Position numbers and translations under genes: made by a program. A DNA stretch of 64,000 nucleotides from positions 62,001 to 126,000 of the forward strand of contig NW_026935377.1 of assembly GCF_032062105.1 (NCBI RefSeq), in the 5' to 3' direction. Each line of letters starts with the position of its first letter. The stretch's first letter is position 1. Below the pieces are notes generated by a model. It was not told where the DNA came from. It did not search any database and worked only from the letters and a program-made list of their open reading frames with translations. This document shows, piece by piece, positions 38,067 through 49,050 of the stretch. The stretch comes from Saccostrea cucullata (Eukaryota).

Positions 38067-39889
38067 TTAGGGATTTATAACCTTGACCTTTCTCCCAAGA
38101 ATCGATAGGATCTCCTTTAGTTCATAGGGAATTGTGATGTAAATTTCATTGCAAAAGTTCAAAGGTTTCTCGAAATATGGCGAGGAAATGAAAATGTTAC
38201 ATGCAGGCAGATAGATATGCAGCTAGACGGAAGGACAGATCTAAATTAATATCCCAAACTGATAATGAAAGCGAAGATTAAAAGAAAGATTTTGTCGTTT
38301 TTTATGGAGAGGGTTAATTTTGAAGAGAATGAATCTTCTGAATAAATGAAGTCAGTGATGTCAGATGAAACCTAACTATAAAAACAGAGAAAGTGGACAT
38401 ATTAAAGACACCAAAGCAATAAGCACGCTAACTCTCGATTCCCAGTTTCATTTAATACTTTTCAATACTAATGACAATTTAGCCATTATATTTTGGTAAA
38501 ATACCAAGAAAAGGTCAATAGTAATAGATTAATAATTTCGATAATAATATTAAATATTAATGAGCTCTTATTTCCAATTCTTTTCATAAGAGAATAGACG
38601 GTGTTTTCTGTTAAAATCGTGCTTTAAAGCATGCACCACAAGATTTTCAGATGCTCTAAGATTAGGATAAATGTTCCTTTATATCATGCTTATGAAATCG
38701 AAGATATATGATTGTTACCATACAATTTTCTGATAGTAAATACTTTGAAATTTTAGAAGTTTTCTAGAAAAAAATGAGCATTTTTTTCTTTTTTGTCTGT
38801 AAACATACCCCCCCCCCCCAACCTTAAACAATTCCAACTTATATTAAAATACAATGTAAATGTGTTATTTATCTTTTTTTACCAAAACAAGCTTATATAC
38901 AAGCTTACAACAAGCTTATATAGCTTAAGTAATGTTTTGTGAAAATTCTTCAAGAGCAATAGGACAACACTTTCAATAGTAAAATGTTCTTACCACGGCA
39001 AATAATTATATGATTTTTTTGTGTGTATATATTTCGATCATTAAAGTTTCTTCTTGATTGTCAAACTACTCATTTTTTTTTCTAAAAAGCCTGTTTTTCC
39101 TATGAAACTACGGTCATGTTTGCTACAGAGTTACACAAAGGTGTAGAGAAAGGAGAATGTTAAAATTAATGAAATTTGGCACTAAGCAAAAAAGAAATAT
39201 ATATAAATGTTTTAAAGTCACTGACCTGACTCAATCTTTAATAATACAGATTCAAAATTCTTTTACTTCTTCTCTCTTGTGTTTCAGTTCATAAGCAATG
39301 GACACAACACGGGACTGCTGATATACTAAATTCACCAACTTAATTTTTAATAGCTTGCCTGTTTCTAGAAAGTGTTCATTTTCAACACAGGCTTGAAGAT
39401 TATCAAATGATAGAATATTTCTGAATATATCTAAATATTGAAATAAAGGCCACAATAGGAGACCTGTTCTTTTTTCAATAAATTCTGCGAATATTAGGTT
39501 TTCTCTGTCACTGCACGACAAAAACGTCATCGTCGTTATGACGCTATTTCGACGCTATTTTATTATCTTCCTCACATCTTTTTATACCTCTTGTATCCTT
39601 TTTCAGTTAAAAGGTAATTTTACTAACCCGTTTTGTTATAAAGCATCTTGTTTTGCATTGTAGTAAATCATTTTGATTTTGGCGAATCTTTCCCAAAATT
39701 CATTCTCTTTTACACAGATCTTCTGAATATAATTTCAGGTGACATCCGAAATATTAAGAGGCATTGGTATATAGAATTTTGCTGATTGTGTTATTATTAA
39801 AGGTTTTGACTTTACATTTGGATCAACAATAAGTGAGACAAATAAGATAAATAAATCAAGTAAGAAAGTGGAAAGGTAGATTTATTTCT

Positions 39890-40760
39890 TTAAAAATGAG
39901 TACATCTGCACCGACCATCGATACAGTGGTGCTGACGAGCACCGTCACATCGTCCATGACAGTCACTGGCCATGGTGCAAGCTGTCATAAAAAGAAAGAA
40001 AAAAAAATCTAAATCCTCATAAAACCTGTATCTAGAATTAATCTTGTCTAAATATTTTAGAGAACAATGCTTAAAATTACAAAGACACAAAAAGTTATAG
40101 AAAAAAATGTTATTTGGTTGAAGATTTTACAAAGAAAGTTGGTAAAAATGGCTGATACTTCCGTTTACAATGTAATACTTTCTAATAAGAGTTTCATAAT
40201 TTTCAAGAAAACTTAATGTCCAGTATGACGTATCGAGTCATCTACCTCCATCGCCACTTGCTGCTATGGTACACGTGCACAGATGTCCAATACAATGGAG
40301 GGATGATCCGCCCCCGCATGTAGTGGCTGTACAGTCACCTGTGTCACTACATCTCTCAGCCGTGACTGCAAACAAAGGTTGTTAGCAATTATATAGCAAT
40401 TCATTGAGTCTACAGGACTATACTAATATAAAGCACAGTTCTGTACATAAATGTTCTTGTGGTCACGTGACAAAGGTAAGATTTTCTTTAACTGTAAATT
40501 CACATAATTTACCTTGCAATAATATGTGAATAAAAAATAAATAATCTGTTTAAATATGGTACAACAATTTTGTAAAATGATTTATATATAAGAAAAATGT
40601 TTGTAATAAGTAAATACATTGCTATAGGAAAACCTTGATCATTGACAGTCAAAATTTTGATTGTATCTTCTTCAAGAGAAAACATATAACGGATATGCTA
40701 ATCACAGAATACACACATACCTGCAGCAACAACGACAGCGAGAACAAAGATGGCCTTCAT
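39890..40760 (-). CDS. Cys-rich secreted peptide 5 (cvSI/I84-like), 3 exons, 83 aa
   Basis: Exons 40760-40721, 40365-40246, 39981-39890. MKAIFVLAVVVAAVTAERCSDTGDCTATTCGGGSSLHCIGHLCTCTIAASGDGACTMASDCHGRCDGARQHHCIDGRCRCTHF*. Confidence 0.92.
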
Positions 40761-40808
40761 GGTGCTTCACTAAATGTTGTGAACGACATTTTTGGTGATT
40801 TTTTTTCA

Positions 40809-40883
40809 CTTATATATCTTCTCTGAAAAAATTATCTTGAAAAGGTCAGATATTTCGCACATAATTCTGTCATGTGAAGATAA
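40809..40883 (-). promoter_or_regulatory. Gene 5 promoter module
   Basis: TATATAAG near 40809; AGGTCA 40843; AGATAA 40878. Confidence 0.6.
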
Positions 40884-41859
40884 AAATAAGCACGAAACAC
40901 AGTGTCGTGTTGCTTAAAAAGCAGGACAAAATTAAAGGTAGGCTTATATGATATTATCGGGCTTCACAATTTGTTTCTTTATTTATTTTCATATAACATT
41001 TAGCTTTTGTAAATTTTTATTGTCAATAATTTGTTTACTTTTTAGAAAAAGGATTCAATGACATTCTAATTGTAAATCAATTTGAAAGAACAATTTTTCT
41101 TTTGAAGCAAACAAGTAGATGTAAATATGCTATAAGTAAAAAAAAAAAAAAAGAGCAACAAAGCAATATTGCTCGATATTGTATTAAAAACAATATTAAC
41201 ATTTATTTAATTTTTTTGATATTTATTTGTTATTAAGATTATTTACATCTTCTGCTTTTTGAACATGTCTAAGTAACCACCTTACAGTTGACTCGTCTAA
41301 AAACAATATTTTCTCTATATTATGAGAAATAAAATTTTAATTTCAGATAGTATGTTTTTTTTCTGGCTTGACTTTTAACATGTAAAAATACTCCTACACA
41401 TTGTGTGCTTTTTAAATAGAAAATCAAAAATCTCCCTTCAAATTTATTTAATTTCAACAAAGGTTGAATTCTCCGAAGGACCGGTCTCTACCTTCCACGG
41501 CTCGATTTAAACCCGTAACGGTAACGAAAGGATCAACTCCTTACATCGCGACTCTAGAGTAGACGCTCTTACTACTTCACATTGTGTTATCTAGCCTCTA
41601 ATATCTTTTCAAAGGATTCTTTTCAAAACGTGTTTCAGATTTTAAAACATTTGTCAATCTAGTAAACAGAAGTTGATTGACCGAGTTACTGATTTATCTC
41701 TATATGTAATTCCTAAACTTTCCAAAATTCGATAAAAAGGAGAGTCCTATAATAAAGTATAATGGTCTTTTTGGAATTCCTATACGTTCAAAATATTCTC
41801 CTTTATTAGCTAAAAATTGGTATGAAACAGATATGAACAAATTTTATGGTATATTTGCC

Positions 41860-42880
41860 ATGAAGGTCATTTTAACGACTATAGGATTTATGAAATACTG
41901 ACTTTTAACAAGCTTTTTGACTTCCCTGAAATATCAACTTTTATGTTAGTGTCCTGCCTTGGTTTAAAAATGTAATCCTCCTCAAAATATGCTCTTGAAT
42001 ATCGAATAAGTTGGGAAATATTTAAATAGGGAAAGTTTACGATGGAAAAGCTGGTCGTCATAAACTTTTGCATTTATTTAAAATAAGTGTTTGTAGTCAG
42101 TAAAACTTCTTCAAATGAAAAAGATGAACGAGAACCTTCAGGAGTGCTGTGCAACAATATGTTCTAGAAATTGTGTAATGAAATATATAGAGATAACAAC
42201 AGTATTCAAGCTTCAAAATAGGAGTAGAGCAAACAAGGACCTCCAAAACAGTAGAGGTGGGATCAGGTGCCATTGAAGAGTGTGCATTACTTGCCGACCG
42301 GTCATACCCGCCGTGCTCTCCTTTTCATGATCGGGAAATAACGGAAAAATCCGTCGTCAATTCAGTACATAAATAATTAGTATGAAAAACGTCAGTCAGC
42401 ATTTGACTCAATGATAAATTGTATCTGCTGACAAGACTTTTCAACTTTATATCCAACAATATCCTACGATAAATTAAAGTTGAGGCTTTTTGGCAGCATT
42501 GAAAGCTTCTTTTTCAATAAAAATGGAACTCATAAATCTAATTACTTTATCGTTGGTTGTTTACAAAATTACTTTAAAAAAAACATTCTGAGTCTACACA
42601 CAAGTACTCTGAAGTTGATATTAAAAAGATGCTTGGGTTTCTGATGCACAATGGTTTTCGGAGACCAGGCCTTCCAACAGTTTATTGAAATTCCCAATTC
42701 CGCTCCGTTATCAGCAGGCCTGTTTTTATATTCATGTAAAGCACAATACGTTCAAAAAATCTTATAGATGAATAAAAGAATACGCTGTGACTTCCAACTT
42801 AACTTTTAGATATATCGACGACGTATTATCAATTAACAATATCGACGACGTAATGTCGACGTAATGTCAATTAACAATAC
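41860..42880. mobile_element. Rearranged Penelope-like fragments in both orientations
   Basis: Minus-strand FSIVNFPYL / SQLIRYSRA and 3' end (42185-42435), followed by a plus-strand RT piece ending FRYIDD (about 42806). Confidence 0.65.
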
Positions 42881-42885
42881 ATTCG

Positions 42886-42918
42886 TTTGTTTGTTTGTTG
42901 TTTAACGTCCCTCTCGAC

Positions 42919-42949
<31 letters not shown>

Positions 42950-43185
42950 TGCCCATTGAGTACTGCAAATTTTGTCCTAAACTACTACTCGGTACTTAAG
43001 GCCGTTGAGCATGAAGGGATCTTTTTCGTGCCATACCTACTGCGACACTTGGCCTCGGTAATTTGGTTTCATCCGAAGGATCTGTCTCCACGTCCCACAG
43101 TGGGATTCGAAACCAAGACTTAAAGATCAACTGCTTATTTTGCGACTCTAGAGCAGACACTCTAACCTGTGCCAATACGATGCAA
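42886..43185 (-). mobile_element. tRNA-derived SINE
   Basis: GGTTTCGAATCCC B-box-like head, family body and (AAAC)n tail. Confidence 0.65.
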
Positions 43186-44254
43186 TACATTTGTTGTCTT
43201 CATATATATCATGTATGAAATCTCTAGTCTATAGTCAATAAGTCATCCATACAAAATATTGCATACTCTCTGATATCTTTATCGAATGAATATATGTGGA
43301 TAAATAAATAAAAATCATTACTATTAATTGGATGTTAAGTTGAAGGCCACTGTAAGAGTTCCTTTTCCTTCTCTCCTTCTGTAGAGTATGTTAAAAAGAA
43401 TTCGAATAAAGTCTGCTTGGTAGGAATATAAAATCAAAGTACTGAAAGTACTCATGGGAGTCGAACATTGTTAACTGAAAAATCTCACAGGAAGTATAGG
43501 AACAGTTTCATGCTTTCAGATTCAAGTCAGCTAGAACTGATTTGTTAGAGATACAACACAAAACATTAAAAATAATTTCTATTGTATTTGAATAGCCAAG
43601 AACATGGGACTGCTCTTAAATTAGCTGCAGAACTGTAGCTCTCCGAAAAAAAAAGATTTTGACAGACGGGAGAGCTACAGTGCCATCCATTGAAAAAACT
43701 GTATATTTATTGCGTACTAACAGTTAAGTTTAGTTCTGGATTTATTCTATCTAATACTTACCTCAACAATTTGACCAAACCAAACAAACAACGCCCACCA
43801 CCTAAAAAATAATTTTTCCAAACTCGAAAATACTATTTTGTGGGTAGGTTTCAAACTTCTTTCAGTACCATTTATTACTCAAACTCAAACACTAACCTTA
43901 TGTTTCTGAAGCATTTGAATCAAAACACCCCTGCTCTCTTTAGAATGTGTACAAGATACTGTGTCCCAAAAAACAAACAAACACTCTTTATATTCGATGT
44001 TACCATCACCAGACACTAGATTGTCATTTTTCTTCCTCTGATTAAAACAAGTATTTGCTATTCTCTTTTGGGTATGAATGTTTCTTTTCGGACACAATAA
44101 TTAATTTTTATAGAACTCCGTGCTTATCTATTTTATCAAATGTATCTATCTTTATAACTTAATCATCAAGTTTTGTTATTCCATAATCCATAATTTTAAA
44201 TTTAATTTCAAGTAATTTCTATATAGAAGTAAGTATCTGAATACTTCACATTTT

Positions 44255-44550
44255 GTTTGTTTTACGTTCGATAATTTTTCAATCATATTGAGACACTACC
44301 ACTTGTCGATGGAGCTAGCTACATGTAAGTCTACAAATTTTTACCTATACACGGCACTCAAAACCATTGAGTAGTGAGGGATCGTTTTGTGCAAGCAGAT
44401 ACAGCGACATGGGATTTCGGTTTATATGGTCTCATCAAAAGAGTTTATCTCCAAATGCATCCCACAGGATTCGAACCTGCGACGTAAGGATCAATTAACA
44501 CCTTACTTTGAATCTCTAGAGCAAACTATTTTAACAACTGCGCCACGCGA
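44255..44550 (-). mobile_element. tRNA-derived SINE, degenerate
   Basis: A-box-like TGGCGCAGTTG and B box GGTTCGAATCC on the minus strand; family body. Confidence 0.6.
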
Positions 44551-45936
44551 GTGACACTTAAAGTTTGTGATTTTGATTTGATTCAAATGTAATTAAAAAT
44601 CAGACATAGTTTAACGAGCTACTACAAGAAAAAAAAAACAGTTGTAATCATGAGGAACGATCTTTCTTACAGATCGATCATTTGGATTATTATACCATTG
44701 TATCCGTGCATACGCATGTATTCATTAATTCTAACTGTTTTAATTATATAATAAAATCAAATGATACATTTTATAAGGTAATACTACATGCAAGTACATA
44801 CACATTTTTGAAGTTCAGATTTGGTGTTGTACACGTGACCAACTGAATGCTGATAAATTCATGAAATTAAGGATGCAAAATTAATGTCATTTGAAATTGT
44901 GAGATCGAATATCAACAAACTTTAATGCTATTATTTTTTCCCTTTACCAATAAAAATATATCATGTATGACAAAATCAGTCTAACAGATCATTTTACTTG
45001 TCAGAGCAAATAAATATCTGACAGTGATATTTTCCGCAGTATTTTTTTTTTTAAAGAAACGTTGTTCTGTCTCTTTATTGCTGAAACAAATCGAAAGAAG
45101 TTGGATTAAACTTAGCGTTCCTTTGACCTTACATCTTTGTTTACATTTCTATATTTAGACAATCGCGTCATTGTCAAACCAGTTAGACCAGTTGTTGCTC
45201 CTTGGATGACCTCGTACTTTTTGTAATGGAATGAAAGGACCGAATGATAAATGACGGAAAACTGGGACCTTTTTTTCATATGGAAATCAAAATTTACGTG
45301 TCATTTCTCAAGAGAGATGACAAAAATATGCTATTCAAATTAAGTTAAATAAAATTCTATTTCATTTACTTTCAAATCATTTATGAAAATTAGATTAGTT
45401 CAGAAAAATGAGATGGACTGTTTTTATTGCGGAAGTTTCTTCGAGTTTATATAGACCGGTACGAGTTTGTATGGAATATCACAGGGGAGTAAATTGGCCG
45501 ACACAGAAACACCACGACGGCCGCTATATAATTCATTGTAAAATTACTGCGCTAGAAACCGCGTGACGACCTAGGGAGTTTGAACATAAAACTCCCAAAA
45601 ACATATTGGATGAAAAAAAGAACAAATTAATGTCCATGAAAATTCCAACAGATTGTTTTTGAAAGACATGGCCATACAAGATTACACAGATATTACTGAT
45701 GAGGAACAGCAGCATCTATGTTTAAGTCTATCAGCTTGAGGGTACTTATTTGTAGAATCAGAATGATTAAAATTAGATTAGGACACCTCTGTTGTGTCTC
45801 TGCTTTATCTGGAAGTCATTATGACTTCGGTCAGAGGTAAATGTAAGTAGGGAACTATGCATACCGATAAGGATTATTTGCGACAATTGGTACAACTTAA
45901 TAAATCAGACTCATAGAAAAATATAAATTTATTTAT

Positions 45937-47011
45937 TTAAAAATGAGTGCATCTACATCTGCCATCAATGCAATGGTGACGTCCACCGTGGTCACATCTT
46001 CCATGGCAGTCGTCAGCCATGACGCATCCTGCAACAACAATAAAGAAACATTATTTAAACTTTTCATAAAACAAAGGTACCTTTACTCTGTTGGTTAGAC
46101 TTTAAAAAATAGGGAAACACACAGAGTAAATTCGGTACGAACCTCCGTCGCCAGTGCCAGCTGTGGTACAGGTACATTGGTGGTTAACACAGTGGAGCTC
46201 AGAGCCGGAAGCACAGGAAGTGGTGGAGGTGGAGCAACTGGATGTGTCTCGGCACATCTCAGCAGAAACTGATAGGATATCAAAATTAAATGTTGATACA
46301 GATTTATTTTAGGTGGTAAGTATGCATACGCATACATGTATATATATTTCTCTATATCACGTTTGGAAAGAATATAACATTGTGCGAAAGCTTCTTTGAC
46401 ACAAAAATATCAGAAAATTTCCTATAAATATCCAAAGTCATGCAGGAAAATTTATGAACAGTTTAGGAAACTTTGCAGAACTACGTAAAGATGCATTTTA
46501 TACACAAAACAACATTATGATATCTAAAACACACTGTTGTCTTTGTTCAGAATTTGCGGTTTAAAAAATTGAGAGCTTTAAAAAAAATTTTTAAAAAATT
46601 ATATATATTTCTCTATATCAAGTTTCGAAAATTTCCTATAATTATCCAAAATCATGCAAGAAAATTTAGGAACAGTTTAGGAGACTTTGCAGAACTACAT
46701 AAAGATGCGTTTTATACACAAAACAATATATATACATGATATCTAAAACACACTGTTGTCTTTGTTCAGAATTTGCAGTCTTTATATTGTTTATTTAAAT
46801 AAGCTTAATTAAGTTTCGTGAAAATGAAAATTTTTGCTCACGCACAGATCAAATATAGAGTTTATAACGAACATAATATACAAATACAATCTTATCCATT
46901 TTATTCAATTAATATAATTATAATAGTCGTCTTTTCATTTATATATAATATTTGTAGAAAAAACAATTTACCTGCTACAATAACGACGGCCAAAACAATC
47001 AGAGTTCTCAT
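45937..47011 (-). CDS. Cys-rich secreted peptide 6 (cvSI/I84-like), 3 exons, 85 aa
   Basis: Exons 47011-46972, 46268-46143, 46028-45937. MRTLIVLAVVIVAVSAEMCRDTSSCSTSTTSCASGSELHCVNHQCTCTTAGTGDGGCVMADDCHGRCDHGGRHHCIDGRCRCTHF*. Confidence 0.92.
46340..46780. repeat. Local ~200-bp tandem duplication in intron 1 of gene 6
   Basis: TATATATTTCTCTATATCA...ATCTAAAACACACTGTTGTCTTTGTTCAGAATTTGC occurs twice. Confidence 0.75.
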
Positions 47012-47074
47012 GATGGTGAGTTTGGACTGATTTGAAGATTAGATGTCAACTATTGTTATCGTTAGAAGCGGGCC

Positions 47075-47139
47075 TTTTATATAAGGAGAGCATTCAGAAA
47101 AGTCAGGCACACAGTTCCAAAATTCAAACCCATAGATAA
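47075..47139 (-). promoter_or_regulatory. Gene 6 promoter module
   Basis: TATATAAAA near 47075-47083; AAGTCA 47100; AGATAA 47134. Confidence 0.55.
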
Positions 47140-49050
47140 AACAAGAACACGTCGTGAGATTCCATATCTGTCTGTCGTGATTAAACCGATTTTCTTTTAA
47201 TTTCGTAGATAGAGATGTTCATACATTGAGTCGAGGAAAGTTCATTTGATATGGCGATTTTGCAATCTTAGCTATAAAATATCTAAACATGCAAATTAGA
47301 CCTAAAAATTGTTCTCATATTTGTCATTTAATCATATCTTAACTTTTTAGAATTTTATTTCACACCGTTCTCTCGTTTTGATAGTATTTGTCATGGACTG
47401 CTGTCTATGACAATATCTGTAATAAACCTTATTTATGAAAAAATAAACACAAACCATGCAGTACCGGACACGTTTAATATGATATATACGGTATACTGAG
47501 ACATACTCCTAGAAAATACTGTTGATAAATGACAAATATTGAGTTTAATTGTTAAATTTGTCCAAAAAAATCCTTCTGATTATTTTTCTTTCATTAAGGT
47601 ATTCCTCGATACATGTAGTAGTTTATTTTAATGCAAAGTAGAAAACATCTTTTATTTGAATTTTTTTTTATATACTTTTGATTTATTGGATAGACTTTGG
47701 TGGAAATCCACGTTTCCTTCTGTTAGCTTACAAGTAAAAATATCAGGTTATTTGTTTGAAAAAATATACATTTCAGAAGTTAAAATGCCATTTATTCAAA
47801 ACAATCATAATTTCTATCTCTAAGGGTTCACTTTCAACAAAAGCCTTATTTTATCAAAACTACAAATGATAATCTCTATGTACATGTATTTCAGACATTT
47901 TCTTTGAAATAAAACAGTGATAGAAAAATCTATAAATAATAGGAATCTGTGATCAGGGCAAAAAACATAGACCTCTGGAAATTCCAGAGATTGAACCAGG
48001 TACCCAGAAAGTATAACCATCCTCTGCTGCTCGGTCAGACCCGTCAGGAGCCCTATATATCAATCAGATAGACAGAACATTAATTCCGAAGCCATCTTTA
48101 GTTTAAAACAAAGACCTTAATTACAGCTGGTGACAACTGTTATAAAGCAGGCAAGCCAAAACAATAATAATAATTCTTGAGATACATTTGCTTACAAGAT
48201 CATTATGAGGACTATAGAAAATTCGAGGAGTTGACGAGGTTTTTTTCTTATATAAAACCCCCTGTAACATCAATATTTCTGTTAGTAGCCCGCCTCGGTT
48301 TGAATATTGATCGCACTCAGGACATTTTCTTGAGTTTTGAATATAATGGAAGATTTTAAAAAAAGAAAAACAGGTGATAGTAGTATTACATGCTATAAAT
48401 AGAAAGATTAGGACGTTAATGTTACTAGCTTTGGTGGTAATTAGTTTTTTTTCAATAGTTTTCGCGAATATGCAATGTAATGTTGAAGTTTGTTTTGAGA
48501 TTTAGTAGTTGAATTCCTTAATCTTCTGTTTTTGTGCTATCATGGCAAGTTGAAATGTTAAAGATAGTATTTCTACGTCTCCTTCCTATGCAAAAAGTTC
48601 ACATAAATTCCATGCGAATTCAATATAAATTTATGCGAGTCAATTTTTCCTGTGTCCTTTGCCAACTGGTTACACCTGCCATGTACTCCTTGTCATGACC
48701 AGGAAATAACGGGAAAAATAGACATATTGTATTTTGTTTCATTTCTTAGAGACATTTTAAAATTGATTAACTGCAATTAGAATAAAGCCCTTTGGATGTA
48801 AAAGTATTATTGTAAAAGCTTCCTGTATATTCTTCGGTTTTTAATTAATATATAAGATAATATTTTTTTTCAACGGGACTTCAACATTTCCCGTTGAGAA
48901 CCTTTAAGTGACTTTTAAAATATAATGATGATTTCTGAATAATACTAGAAGACATGCTAACTTTATTCCAGTTTTTATTTATTTATTTATGATGATCACA
49001 GCAACTACTAGTATATAAGACAAGAACATAGTGCAATGTTAATTGATGAA

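Noticed and set aside
33850-39880. A ninth peptide gene or orphan exons in the long spacer between genes 4 and 5
   Set aside because: No C-x-C/HC exon or 40-nt signal exon was found by eye. A TBLASTN with the eight peptides could still reveal decayed remnants.
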